Shown: positions 43,482-58,460, counted from the first letter of the stretch. The stretch is 64,000 nt of DNA from Candidatus Eremiobacteria bacterium (GCA_963758295.1 CAVWUU010000004.1:512001-576000), one strand, 5' to 3'. Program-made: numbers and translations. The notes: generated from the sequence alone by a model not told the origin.

Positions 43482-43946
43482 TCAATCTTGAGCGCGCAGA
43501 TCTTTGGTCATGAGCGTGTGCTCGTCGTGAAAGCCGAAGCGCTCGTAAAGACGGCGTGCGCGCTGGTTCTTCTGTAACACGTTGAGCACGAGTAAATCGC
43601 AATCGCGCTCGCGCGACCATGCTTCTACCGCGGACATCAACGCGGCGCCGGCGCCAACGCCTTCCTGTGCGACCGCGATCTCTTCGAGTTTGGCGATGTC
43701 GCGCATCGTATACCAATCGCGAATCAAGGTCACCCACGCGAAGCCCGCCTGCGTACCGTCGTCTTGTACGGCGATAAGGAACGACGACCGGGCGCTGAGA
43801 TTGTCGAGCGCTTCCTCGAGTCTAAAGCGCGTGCCCGCAGCCACTTCGTCCGGCGTCCTCCACGAAGGAAGTTCTTCGATCGCGAAGCGCTTCGCGAGAC
43901 TCAAGACAAAGTGCCGGTCATCTTCCGTGGCGGGGCGGATCTGCAT
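43482..43946 (-). CDS. GNAT family acetyltransferase
   Basis: MQIRPAT, EGVGAGAALM, LNV...N.RARRLYERFGF. Confidence 0.85.
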   Translation of the reverse strand: MQIRPATEDDRHFVLSLAKRFAIEELPSWRTPDEVAAGTRFRLEEALDNLSARSSFLIAVQDDGTQAGFAWVTLIRDWYTMRDIAKLEEIAVAQEGVGAGAALMSAVEAWSRERDCDLLVLNVLQKNQRARRLYERFGFHDEHTLMTKDLRAQD

Positions 43947-44036
43947 GGTGGTTCCCTTTCAATCGAGCTTGGCAGCTTATTAGGCATGCGTCCGTCTGCC
44001 CTTAAAAAGCGCGCAGCTTAACACGATACTAACAAT

Positions 44037-45093
44037 ATGAGTACCCGCGGGCTCGTCGCTTCTTCTGCGAGTGATTTTTCATTTCTCGCAGCCGCGCTCG
44101 CAAGCGCGCAAGATGCCGTTTCGGTGCACGAATTTTGCGAGGGCGAAGCTTGGCCGTCGCGCTATGTGTATTTCAACGAGTACTTCTTGCATCACAGCGG
44201 GTTTTCGCGCGAAGAAATCGAGTCGGGTTCGACCCCGACGTTGCTTGGGCCGAGCCATGCACCGCGAGATGCTTCTAGGCGTTTTAGAAGACATGCGCGC
44301 CGGCATCGCGCGGCAATTCGAGGCACAGTTCTTCAAGAAAGACGGCACGCCGTATTGGGCGGAAGTTCGCTGCACTCCCCTTCGTGAAGCCGACGGCTTC
44401 GTCAAGCGCTACATCACCATTTGCCGCGATATCACCGAACGGCGCCAAGCCGAGGCCGAACGTCGCACGCTTTACCACGCGATCGATGAAACGGCCGATT
44501 TCGTCGTAATGTTCGATGGAACGCCACCGTCGCAAGGCGGTCCTTTCGTCACGTATGTAAACGGTGCATTTTTGTACGCGTGCGGATACGTTATGCACGA
44601 GGTTTTGGGGCGTCCATATACCGATCTCTTAGCCGGCACGAACGATGCAGCGACGCTCGGCAATATCCGCTGGAATACGGAGAACCTCCAGCGCAACGAC
44701 AAAGAGATTCAACTGCGACGTAAGGACGGTTCCACGTTCTGGGTCGAATTCACGAGTTCACCGGTTCGGGATTCCAACGGCGAAGCCGCGCATTGGATTG
44801 CCGTCGGCCGCGACATCACCGAGCGCCGGCGCACGTTAAAGCAGGGCGCGCTCCTTGCGCAAGCGTTCGATGCGCTCGGCGACGCCGTTACTCTGTACCG
44901 GATCGAAGACGGCGAACCCGTCGCATTCTTTCGAAACGAGGCCGCTGAAACGTCGGGCTACGAGGCCTCGGCGGAGCATCTGTTGCAGGCGATGGTCTCG
45001 CAAGAACGCCTCGATCTTTCCGACGGCGCCCGCATCACGCCGCTTCTAAGTATCAACGGCGTCGTCTCCGGGCTTTTGGTCGTTTCGCTTTAG
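44037..45093 (+). CDS. PAS/PAC domain protein; indel near 44255
   Basis: YFNEYF..HSGFSREE, KKDGTPYW..DITER, YVNGAF, RKDGSTFW..DITER. Confidence 0.75.
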
Positions 45094-46415
45094 TCGTTCG
45101 CGCGTGCGTCGCTGCCCGGCGTTGAGCCGCGTAACGCGTCGCGTATGCGGCGCAATTCCGTTGCGACGTGCCGGCGGTCGAACGCTGGAGTCCGTACCGT
45201 GACAAGCAGCGTGTGCGTATCGTCGATCCACGTAGCGGGATGAACGTTTTGATCCTTGCGCGTGAAGAGCGAGCGATGAAGGCGCACCGGCGGTGCGACG
45301 CGTTCTAGCTGCGCCGTGTGATGATCTAAGGTCGACTGAATTTCCGCCTCAGGCACGTCGCCGCTAAGGATTGCCGACATCGCGATGAGCGCGTCACCGA
45401 CTCGCCGCTTTACGACGTGCTCGGTTCGAATCGGAAAGACGAACCAAACGGCCGCGATCGCACACAGTGCGCCGACGACAATTGCGGCTAAGCGGATTGC
45501 GAAGAGCAGCATCGGTGCATCGGTATGCGTACCCTGAAGCAAGGCGAAGACTACGGTAACGCTTCCCGCCCAATAGCCGTAGTTGCGATCGCGCAGCACA
45601 AAGCCAACAAACAAGAACGCGAAAATTGCGCCGGCGTAGACGATGCCGTTCGGAAAGTGCACGCCGCCGACCAGGAGCGCCAGGAACGTGCCGCCTAAGG
45701 CACCCAGCAGGCGCAGAAGGCCTTTATAGATCGCGTCGCCGCGGCCGATGGCGCCGCTGCACACGATGAACGCCGTAAGCACGACCCATGGCCAGTGTTG
45801 GTGGAATACGAGCAGACCAAAGATAAACGCCAGTGCGAGGGCCGTTAGCATTTGCAGCGCCATGCGCGCGGGAACGCTGAGCCCGCTGCGCTCGCGCGTT
45901 CGCGATGGTAAATGTGGCTTGTGCGTTACTTCGTCGCGACCGATCGCGAACGATAAGAGCGCCGTAAACGAGTATGCGCAGACGCCGGCCAAAAGCGCGA
46001 GAAGCAGCGTTGCCGGCCAGCCACCTTCATTATCGATGCGGACCGGAACGATGAGGATTGCAAGGAACGGCAGCGCGATTGTGGCGCCGATCCGACGCCC
46101 GGCCTGACCGAAGTTGCGGAGCCAGACCGAGAGGGCGATGCAGCCGGTGAACAGCACGGCGCCGGCGACCGTCCACTTCAACAAGACGAAGCCGACGAGC
46201 GCCGCGCCAAGCGTGATAAACGGAAGCAGCGCCAATTTCGATCCGAACGACGGCCACGATAGCGGCTCGGGCCTGCGCATCAGCCCAAGTGACAGCGCCG
46301 CCGCTAGAATCGCCGGCGACGGCCCAACGTGCAGCGCGCTGCAAACGCCGTACATGGTGACGAAGCTTAGGATCACCGCGGCCATGGCCGCGACTCCACG
46401 TTTCATCGTGTGCAT
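45090..46415 (-). CDS. FUSC family membrane protein
   Basis: RMALQM, HWPWVVLTAFIV, RGDAIYKGLLR..GA..GT, many TM segments. Confidence 0.8.
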   Translation of the reverse strand: MHTMKRGVAAMAAVILSFVTMYGVCSALHVGPSPAILAAALSLGLMRRPEPLSWPSFGSKLALLPFITLGAALVGFVLLKWTVAGAVLFTGCIALSVWLRNFGQAGRRIGATIALPFLAILIVPVRIDNEGGWPATLLLALLAGVCAYSFTALLSFAIGRDEVTHKPHLPSRTRERSGLSVPARMALQMLTALALAFIFGLLVFHQHWPWVVLTAFIVCSGAIGRGDAIYKGLLRLLGALGGTFLALLVGGVHFPNGIVYAGAIFAFLFVGFVLRDRNYGYWAGSVTVVFALLQGTHTDAPMLLFAIRLAAIVVGALCAIAAVWFVFPIRTEHVVKRRVGDALIAMSAILSGDVPEAEIQSTLDHHTAQLERVAPPVRLHRSLFTRKDQNVHPATWIDDTHTLLVTVRTPAFDRRHVATELRRIRDALRGSTPGSDARAND

Positions 46416-46474
46416 CTCGCTACGGGGTTCTCCGCCGCACCTATTTTGCTTTCGCTGCGGGCCGCACTACATAA

Positions 46475-46508
46475 GAAAAAGGCCCGGCGGTAAAGCCGAG
46501 CCTTTTTC
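46475..46508 (-). terminator. Intrinsic terminator after rpoB
   Basis: Minus-strand RNA GGCUCGGC-uuuacc-GCCGGGCC-UUUUUC; the U-G pair is valid only on the rpoB strand. Confidence 0.85.
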
Positions 46509-46524
46509 GTTGCGCGAGAGACTT

Positions 46525-50434
<3,910 letters not shown>

Positions 50435-50488
50435 TATTCTTTCTCTTGGACCTTTTAAAGAGGATTGCGCGCATATGTCCGTCGTCCG

Positions 50489-50548
50489 CGCACGCAAAAG
50501 AGGCCGAGCTCGTCTGACCCCCGGCCAAACAACCTCGCCCTTCTTCTA
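50489..50548 (-). promoter_or_regulatory. rpoB 5' leader element, similar to the rpoC leader
   Basis: mRNA UAGAAGAA...GGCCGGG-ggucaGACGag-CUCGGCC-UCUUUUGCGUGCG. Confidence 0.5.
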
Positions 50549-50585
50549 TATACAGCGGCTTACGCGCCAACGGGCATAGGTGAAG

Positions 50586-50615
50586 AGTCTAACAGAGGCC
50601 CACCCAGGCCGTCAA
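50586..50615 (-). promoter_or_regulatory. sigma70-type promoter of rpoB
   Basis: Minus strand TTGACG, 18-nt spacer ending TGt, TAGACT. Confidence 0.65.
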
Positions 50616-50817
50616 TGGGGCGCGGCGAACTGGCCCCGGGCGCGGGCTTCCGTGGGGTTGCGGATCATTCGGGGTAGGGACTTTCGGGGGCCCATCGCGT
50701 GAAATAGTACAAAATAAGGACTTAAGTAGTCTAAGAATCAAAACGGATTCGCAAAAAAAATGAGCAGACTTTCCCGCACGTCATCCGAACAAGAGACCGC
50801 TTATCCAGCATGCCGAC

Positions 50818-51341
50818 CTACATTTCAAGATCAGGCAGTCGTCCGACCTTGCTTGCTAACGTAATCGCTGTGGCCAGGTCCGACAAAGAAATCTTCCGAG
50901 GCGTGCTACGCACTGCGTGCCCCCAATGGCGCTTATTGGTGATGAAATCAAAGCATTGCGATACCGGAGCCAAGGCGATTGGGGACTCGAAATTATCCTA
51001 TCCGATAATTCCAGCTTCCGTTTGAATCGAGCCCGATCAAAATCTCGCAACAGCGGGTCATCACCATGCGCCACCGCTGTGTTTGACTGCACTGTTGCCG
51101 TGCCGCGAAGACCTAAGCCGTTTTGGTAAAACAACAGATAATCACCACTGCGTACCTTCATGTTCTCTCTTCGCAAATACCAGGTGCCCGCGCTCCAAAG
51201 CCTATCAAAGACCTCGCTGGCAGCAATCGCCCTGTCCGGTCCACTGCGTATATCGCCGAATGCGATCAGGTACGCGGCGCGACCTTCTTGTGCGTCAGAC
51301 TCGCAAAATGCCATATCGCTGTCAAGGCTGCTATTGATCAT
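50818..51341 (-). CDS. EVE (PUA-like) domain protein; one missing T near 50991
   Basis: KVRSGDYLLFYQ..G..GTATV. Restoring one T gives FESPIAL...FDFITNKRHWG..VR..PRKISLSD, the typical EVE C-terminus. ATGA overlap with the MTase stop. Confidence 0.65.
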
Positions 51342-53820
51342 TCCTCGTCATTGTCTTCCTCGTCGCCGCTCAGCGTTCCCATCCGCCAAGCCACATCGTA
51401 GGAACTTATGAATTCAGCGTGCTGCACCGACAAACCGTAAGCATCGACAAGTAGCTGGTCTACCTGGTCCAGCAGCGGCTTTGACGCCTTTATTCTAAAG
51501 CTTTGAACCTCGGTTTCTCCCGTCGTACGCTGGCGACGCGTCATGGTGACCGAATTATCGGCTAGATCCTTCATCAACTCTTCACCAAGGCGCTGAAGTC
51601 TCTCATCTTTAAGCGCACGCTGCGGCACCCGGAAACCATTTATATCGGAAGGGTTTAGGTCGCGCAGATTCGAGGTTATCGTGTACCACCACCAAAAAAC
51701 GTTTGACGCAAGCGCCGCAACGATTGCCGGCTTTTCGGAAAACTCCCGGCAATATAATACTTTCTGACGAGACGATACTGCTTTCTTGCCATTGATCCTG
51801 AATCTCGGCGGAAAGTCGGTGAACACTTTCCAGTACAGACCGCCGGTAGACTTATAGTATATCGGATTTATCCGGCCGCCAAGATGCCGTTCGAGTTCTG
51901 TGCCATTGCGGAACATCGCTTCAAGGATTTCCACTTCCACTTTCGACCGGAGCTTCGGAACCCAAAATGACGGCCTGCGAGTCTCCGTTTCGAAATAATG
52001 CATCGTTTGCAGCAACGTTTCGCGGCCCGTCGAAAGCCATCTCATGTAGCTGGTGGTAAATGTCCGGGAATTCGTAACGCCGTGACGGGCAACAATCAGT
52101 GTTATGGCCCTATTGACATTAGAAAATAAGGTTGCCGGGCGCCATGCGAAATTTGCATAGAGCGACATGCTACCTCGTTCGATTTCATTTTGGACAGTCG
52201 TCATGCGCTGAGTAGACACAACCGACATCGGCATAACAACTCCAATACTGCCGCCTGGACGCCTTAATTGCGTGAACCTCTCAACAAAGCAACCATGGAC
52301 CGTGCGGCTCGCACTTGCGCGGAAACCACCGAGCGGATAATCCACCTGACTAGCCTCTAAAAACGGTGGGTTTCCCAGCACAACGTCGAAGCCGCCGGCG
52401 TCTAAAACGGAAAAGAACTCCGTATACCAGTGGAATGGTTTTACACGAGCCACCCAACGATCAACGGCACCTCCGCCTTTCCCTCCAACACCGTGTGCTT
52501 CTGCTAGCCAGGCGTTCGCTTTATATGCAACGTCCTTCAACTTCACGGAAAGGGCTTGTTTTGATTCGGTAACTACCAGCGGTGATACGGTGATATCGAC
52601 TTGTACGTTACGGAACTTCTTAAACGCGGCAGCAGCTTCAACGGCTGCACTATCAATCTGTTTCCCCATCTCCTCAAAGTCGAGCCTCAGAGTTGCCGCT
52701 GCTTCTAACTCGCTGTGGCTTACAAAGCCCACCAAGCTGTTCCCGCATCTGATATTAAAGTCTAGATCAGGGAGCGGCTCGACGTGGCTCACGTCTTCCA
52801 ATTCGGAAACGAGTTTCAGGAATAGACGCAATTTGCATATTTCGACCGCCTCTTCCATTATGTCTACACCGAATAAATTGTTCAGGGCGATCGCTTTTAA
52901 GACGAAATACGATCGGATGGGATGCTGTTCAGCGTATTCCAGTGCCGACCTGAAGGCATTGTATCGCCCGTCGTCATTCGCTCCGCCGCTTTTTGAGCTC
53001 ACAATCGCAGCATCGTCGATTATCGCCTGCATAGCGTCGAGAGCGCTTTCGTACAATGGTTCTAAGATATTCATCGGCAGTCGAATAGGAAGGCTCCTGA
53101 TCCGCAAGCCGGATCTAGCACGGTAACGCGGTTAAGAGCATCCCACCATGCCTTCAGCTGGGTCTCATCGGACTGCTGGAGGACATCCTGTGCGAATTGA
53201 TTGATGTTTAAATTGGATTGAATAAGTGGCTCTATCGATTGAATGTCTCCGGAACTCAGCAACTGCTCTATCGCACTTGCACGCGCTCTTCGTTCCAGGA
53301 CATCGGACCACGTTTCGCCGCTGAGACCATACGCAAGATCAGCTTCATCATCGAGCCACCTCGGGCGAATAGTATTTCGCGAAGGGTCGTGGTCACGCGG
53401 CAGTGGCTTATCAATTCCATGCAACATTGCACCCGGCATGTATCTCCGCGGATCCGCTCTAAGCAGCCGCCATACCGAGCCGTCCCCCTCAAAAGCGCTC
53501 CTAGCCTTATCAGCAACCATATCGGAATGGTAGGCAAAAGCGAGCTTGCTGAGAGATATCCTGTTACGTCTTCTTTCGTATAGTAAGCGCCCATTTGCCG
53601 TTGATTGATGTAACGTTCAAAAATGTAACCTAGTACATCGGGATTAATTTCGTTTCCAGCCGTAATCGGGCGCTCATCGAGATGCCAATTCCATGCCTCG
53701 AAGAATTTAAATAGATTCTCAAATGCGACATCGGGTATAGCTATGTCGCCGTGCGCTAACTCGATTTGATGTCGTTGAAATAATCCGCCATTGAAGTATG
53801 GAATGTCGCCAATTTTTTTT
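51338..53820 (-). pseudogene. Eco57I/type IIG-like N6-adenine DNA methyltransferase, 5'-truncated, with indels near 53525 and 53085
   Basis: PYFNGGLF, LGYIFE, GAYYTKEDV, VLDPACGSGAFL, NLFGVDIMEEAVEICKLRL, PLPDLDFNI..GNSL, GGFDVVLGNPPF; visibly more AT-rich than the flanks. Confidence 0.8.
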
Positions 53821-54177
53821 GCGACACCCGCCGCCGATACCAACGGTCATCTCTTCGTTACATCCAATTCCGGCACGATCTATAAATTTTCGACGAGCGG
53901 TTCGCTGTTGTCGTCGGTTAAACCCAATGCGTTTGAAACGGGAGCGCCGGCGATTGCGAGCGACGGGGCGATGTGGGTTTCGCTCGGCGTGGATATCCTT
54001 GGCAGCACCCAGCTTGCACGCTGGCGCACGGATGGGACGTTGGAACTGTACTACCTGCCGATTTACGATCCAACGGAGAGTATCACCGCTCCGGCAATTT
54101 CGGCAATCACCCGCGGGCCGGACGGAAACCTTTGGTATACGCGCGGCGCGTTCGTCGGAAAGATCACGGGGTACTAA
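53821..54177 (+). pseudogene. 3' fragment of a Vgb-lyase-like beta-propeller gene
   Basis: ASDGAMW and ITRGPDGNLWY repeats; no plausible start, begins at the junction with the MTase. Confidence 0.6.
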
Positions 54178-54179
54178 GC

Positions 54180-55913
54180 GTGAGCAAACGAACCACGGCG
54201 CGCGCAGCGGTTGTTGCGTCGCTCAGCTTCTTGATGACGGCGTGTTCGGGGGGCGGCGGAGGGCAACTGCCGCCGAGTGGCAGCGGATCGGGCGGTCAAA
54301 CGGCCACGGTTCATTTCCATATTGCCGTCGCCGATCAAACCTCAAGCAGCGTTGCGGCCGCGCGAAAAAAGCCGCTCTACGTTTCGACGGCGACAAAATC
54401 GGCGGCGATCGCGGTGCGGCAAAGCGGCGCGCAGACGGTGACCGAGGCGGTATTGGAATGCACAAGCACCTGCGACGGCGACGTCCAAGCGCCGGTAGGC
54501 ACCGACGCCTTCACGATCACGCTGTTCGATCAAAGTAACGGCGCGGGAAATGCGCTTTCGACAGGTTCAACTACGGCGACCGTCGCGGCGAATCAAACTA
54601 ACACGGTGAGCGTCACGTTCAACGGCATTGTGTATAGCGTGGCTCTTTCGGCCGATCCGCTGGCGGCGGGAACCGCTGCTTCGGAACCGCTCACCGTTTT
54701 GGTTAAAGATCGCGACGGCAAGGCGATCGTCGGTGCGGGCACGTACGTGGACGCCGGTGGAAATCCGTTGACGCTTCGATTAAGCAGCACCGACACGACA
54801 AGCGGTGGCAGTGGAGCGATCACGCTCTCGACGGCCACGCTCCATTCGCCGGCCGACATTGTGACGCTGCACTATAACGGCGGCTCTATGTACAGCAGCA
54901 GCATCTCGGTAACCGCAACAGGCGCGGTTGCCGGTGGATTGCAAGGGACGACGTTGCCGGTAAATCCGGCGGTGGTGCAAACGACGCCGGTTGGCGCAAT
55001 CGCTACGAAATTGACGGTTGCCCGCGACGGCAGCATTTGGTATGCCGAGCACTACGGTGACCAAATTGGACACGTTACACTCGGCGGGTCATTTTCCGAG
55101 TACGTATTGCCGCTATTCCCCGACATGACGGCCGGTTCGACGCTCGATCCGGGCGAAATCGTAACGGGTTCGGACGGAAACGTCTGGTTCAATTTTGAGG
55201 CGTACTCGATCGGCACGCCAAACGATTCCGGTATTGGGAAGATTACCTCGGACGGAACGCTGACGCTCTATCGGGATCCCAACGCCGGCATGGTGTTTCC
55301 GATCGGCCTGACCCTCGGGAGCGACGGAAACGTGTGGTTCAGCGAAGCCAATCGCAACGCGGTCGGCTCGATGACGACGTCGGGCGTAACGACGGATTAC
55401 CCATTGCCGTCGTGCAACGGCTACGGATCGCCGACGCAGCTCACCACCGGACCCGACGGCAACGTTTGGATTTCGGACAACCGTTGCATCGTTAAGGTAA
55501 CGCCGAGCGGCGTCGCGACCGCGTATTCCATTCCGAGCGCTAGTTCCGGCTACTATGCCGATGCGATTACGACCGGGCCCGACGGCAACATCTGGTTCAC
55601 CGAAACGACGCAGAACGGTGGGCCCCCGTCGTCGAAAATCGCCGAAATAACGCCGAGCGGCACGATAACCGAGTACCCCGTTCCGGCGAACCATTGGGCG
55701 GTTGGGCTCTACCGCGGCGGTGACGGCAACCTTTGGTTTATCGATGGATACAGCGCGAGCCGCCTTGGAACGATGTCGAAAAACGGCACGGTAACGTTCT
55801 ACGTAATCGCGAGTGCACCGAACGGCATCAACGCAATGCTTCCTACCGCCGGCGGCGATTTCTACGTAACGATGCCCGGCTCTCCGGCCAGCGTCGGGCG
55901 GCTGGTGTACTGA
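54180..55913 (+). CDS. Lipoprotein with Vgb (virginiamycin B lyase)-like beta-propeller
   Basis: GTG 54180, MTAC-SGGGG lipobox-like motif, repeated G(P/S)DGN(V/I/L)WF. Confidence 0.8.
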   Translation: MSKRTTARAAVVASLSFLMTACSGGGGGQLPPSGSGSGGQTATVHFHIAVADQTSSSVAAARKKPLYVSTATKSAAIAVRQSGAQTVTEAVLECTSTCDGDVQAPVGTDAFTITLFDQSNGAGNALSTGSTTATVAANQTNTVSVTFNGIVYSVALSADPLAAGTAASEPLTVLVKDRDGKAIVGAGTYVDAGGNPLTLRLSSTDTTSGGSGAITLSTATLHSPADIVTLHYNGGSMYSSSISVTATGAVAGGLQGTTLPVNPAVVQTTPVGAIATKLTVARDGSIWYAEHYGDQIGHVTLGGSFSEYVLPLFPDMTAGSTLDPGEIVTGSDGNVWFNFEAYSIGTPNDSGIGKITSDGTLTLYRDPNAGMVFPIGLTLGSDGNVWFSEANRNAVGSMTTSGVTTDYPLPSCNGYGSPTQLTTGPDGNVWISDNRCIVKVTPSGVATAYSIPSASSGYYADAITTGPDGNIWFTETTQNGGPPSSKIAEITPSGTITEYPVPANHWAVGLYRGGDGNLWFIDGYSASRLGTMSKNGTVTFYVIASAPNGINAMLPTAGGDFYVTMPGSPASVGRLVY

Positions 55914-56154
55914 ACGCCGGCCGCGTGATTCTTGAATCGACTCGCGGTGCCGCGCGCCAGCCGAGCCGTGAACTAGCGCGCGACGGTATTATTGTGCGTC
56001 GCGCTTGTGCCATGCGTCTGACGTTGCAATCGAGGTGTTGCTGCCGGACGGCTGGCAAGACAACTCGGTACGATGGCGGCGTGATAACCAAAACGCCCGC
56101 GGAAGAGCCGCGGCCTCTGCGACAACAGGGAGATGCCTGTCAACAGGACGATAC

Positions 56155-56424
56155 ATGGCTACGCCTCGACATCCGGTAGTCCATCACCCTCTAACGCTCA
56201 AAATTGAGTTCGATGCGATTTCCGCCTACGTGCGGTATTCGCATGCGGATGTAACGTATTCGCGCGACGCGTGGGATGACGGGCGCGTGTCTGCGGATTT
56301 CGATTCAAACGGAGCGATCGTCGGTATCGAAGTCGTGGGGTTGGACGCCGAGGTCATTCGAGAAGCGGCGGCCTTCGCGGCCCAGCACTGTCTTGGGTTT
56401 CCGGCGCAACTCCATGGTTCCTAA
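56155..56424 (+). CDS. DUF2283 family protein (putative antitoxin-like)
   Basis: SAYVRY...VSADFDSNGAIVGIEV; AGGA SD. Confidence 0.65.
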   Translation: MATPRHPVVHHPLTLKIEFDAISAYVRYSHADVTYSRDAWDDGRVSADFDSNGAIVGIEVVGLDAEVIREAAAFAAQHCLGFPAQLHGS

Positions 56425-56521
56425 GAACCAGCGCAGCCCGAGCCCGCATCGGGTACCATAGTCATACCGCGACGGCGCTTTAGCCGGCGCGGACGTTCTT
56501 ATACTCCAAGGAACTTTACGC

Positions 56522-57065
56522 ATGACGCGAGTGATCTTTTCTGCGGCCGCGCTGTTGGCATTTGTCTCGACGCCAATGTTGGGATTCGCCGGGCGGCACG
56601 GCGCTGAAAGTCGCGCTCGTCGATAAGGTTTCATCGGCGACCGCCAACGCCGGCGATACCTTTGCGGTGAAGGCGACAGACGATGTCTCGGTCGACGGCT
56701 GGGTCGTTATTCCGAAAGGCGCCGGCGGACAGGGAGAAGTCGTTTCAGTGGACCGCGCCGGATCCCACGGGCATCCGGGGTCGCTCGGCGTGCAGATGGA
56801 TTGGATCTTTGCCGCCGACGGCGAGAAAATTCACCTCACGAGCCAACGCAAAACGCAGGAAGGCGAAAGTAAAGCCGGCGCGTCTTCGACGATGACGATT
56901 ATCTCGTGGGCGTTCCTCGGTTTGCCCGGGTTGTTCGCGCACAACTTCGTTCACGGGCGCGATATCGAAATCGACAGCACGCATCCGCTCGATGCGTATA
57001 CGGCCGATACGGTGCACGTCGTTGCTTCAACGAAGAGCGGCGTCAACGACGGCTTCGCGCACTAG
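56522..57065 (+). CDS. Secreted hypothetical protein; indel near 56590
   Basis: Signal peptide in one frame joins GTALKVALVDKVSSATANAGD...VIPKGA in the next. Confidence 0.6.
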
Positions 57066-57071
57066 CGCGGG

Positions 57072-57126
57072 GGCGCATCTTCGCGGCGGTAAGATGCGCC
57101 TGTGGTTCGACAAGCTCACCATGACG
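57072..57126. repeat. Single REP copy with adjacent hairpin
   Basis: GCGCATCTT...AAGATGCGC then TGGTTCGACAAGCTCACCATGACG. Confidence 0.8.
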
Positions 57127-57158
57127 AGCATAGGAGGCGGCGCAGAGCGCTGCCTCTT

Positions 57159-58130
57159 CTATTTTGGAGAATAAGCCGAAGCAATTTGCGCGATCGTTTC
57201 GCGCGCACGGTCGACGGCTTCGTGCGGTGCGACGATCTTTGCGTCGCCCGCGAAGCCGAGGCTCCAGCGGACGACTTCATTGATGTCGCTGACTTGAAGC
57301 GTAATGGAGGCCGACCCGTCGGCGTGTTGAACGACGCGCTGGCCCTTCTGCCACACGCGCGACGTAGCGGATGACGCGATCTGTGGTGAGAGCCATACGT
57401 CGACGTCGATGCGTTTGCCCGAGCTGATCCAGCCGATGGCGTCTTCGGTTTCGTATTGCGACGGGATTTCGCGCGGCGCGAAGGTACCGACGCGAGAGAT
57501 CGTGCCGGTGATTTCGTCGAGGGCGAAGTAGCGCCAGCCTTCGTCTTTCGCATCGAGATCGCGGCCCAAGAGATAGTAGCGGCCCGAGCGTTGGATAACG
57601 GCATACGGTTCCACGCGGCGCTCGCCGCGCTTCTTGTATTTGAAGCGAACGCGAGCATTGGCGTCCCAGGCGGTTTCCAATGTCTTGCAGACGTCGGCGA
57701 CGCGCGTACCCTCGCGCAGCGTCGGCATGAGGAAACGCAAGAACCGGCGATCGGTGCGCCGCTCTTCTTCCTCCGGCGGCGCGAGTTGTTCTTCGACCGG
57801 TTTGCCGAGCGCGCGCGCGGCGGCGCGCATCAGGCCTTGCAAGGCGCGGGCGCTCTGATCAATCGATGCGGGGCGTGATTCGAAGTTCGTGAGTTTGATA
57901 ACATCGTGTTCGGCTTTCTCGCTCAGCCGAAAGCCGGCGCGCGCGCCGATCTTCCGCAACTCCTGGAAGTCGCGCAGCATGCTGCGTTCGGATGCGTCGT
58001 ATTCGGCACAAAGCGTGCTCAGGCGCACCGACCGGTGACGGATGAGCTCGAGGAGAATGCGGATTTTCCGTTCGGTCGCGGTGCTCGGTTCGCCGGATGG
58101 GCGCGGGTGGCCGTAACGCTTCGATGCCAT
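57159..58130 (-). CDS. HTH-WYL-WCX (PafB/C-like) transcriptional regulator
   Basis: SERSMLRDFQEL HTH, RRVEPY, RYYLLG.D, WRYFALDEI, VRWSLGF...VAP. Confidence 0.9.
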   Translation of the reverse strand: MASKRYGHPRPSGEPSTATERKIRILLELIRHRSVRLSTLCAEYDASERSMLRDFQELRKIGARAGFRLSEKAEHDVIKLTNFESRPASIDQSARALQGLMRAAARALGKPVEEQLAPPEEEERRTDRRFLRFLMPTLREGTRVADVCKTLETAWDANARVRFKYKKRGERRVEPYAVIQRSGRYYLLGRDLDAKDEGWRYFALDEITGTISRVGTFAPREIPSQYETEDAIGWISSGKRIDVDVWLSPQIASSATSRVWQKGQRVVQHADGSASITLQVSDINEVVRWSLGFAGDAKIVAPHEAVDRARETIAQIASAYSPK

Positions 58131-58206
58131 TGCGCGAGTATTTCGTCGCGTTTCCAGCTTTTTCCATCGCCACACGTCCGACGCAACACAATGCTAGTAT
58201 TGATGC

Positions 58207-58404
58207 ATGTTTGCGGTAATCGTGATTTTTCTTGCGCTGGGCTTTGTAGTTCTTTCGGCTCAGTCGGGCGGCGGAGGTACGAAATCAGCGCTGCGCCGGC
58301 GTCGATCTTCCGACGACGCGGTGGTTGGCTTCATCATCGGACAGCAGGTGGCGAACCATCGGCACCATCATCACCATGGCGGGCATCATCACGGGCATCA
58401 TTAG
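58207..58404 (+). CDS. Small membrane protein with poly-His tail
   Basis: One TM segment, ends HRHHHHHGGHHHGHH. Confidence 0.55.
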   Translation: MFAVIVIFLALGFVVLSAQSGGGGTKSALRRRRSSDDAVVGFIIGQQVANHRHHHHHGGHHHGHH

Positions 58405-58435
58405 TTCTCGCCGGCGAGGTCTCCAACGATAATGG

Positions 58436-58460
58436 GTCCTTCAACAAGCTCAGGATGACG
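58436..58460. repeat. Single REP copy overlapping the selenoprotein stop codon
   Basis: GTCCTTCAACAAGCTCAGGATGACG. Confidence 0.75.

Noticed and set aside
18504..46524. Prophage or integrative element inserted between rpoB and rpoC
   Set aside because: No integrase, transposase, phage genes or flanking att repeats seen; the content is host-like and carries host REPs.
50700..50765. dif or att site in the AT-rich stretch
   Set aside because: Only a weak dyad (GACT..AGTC); no match to the XerC/D consensus and no second copy seen.
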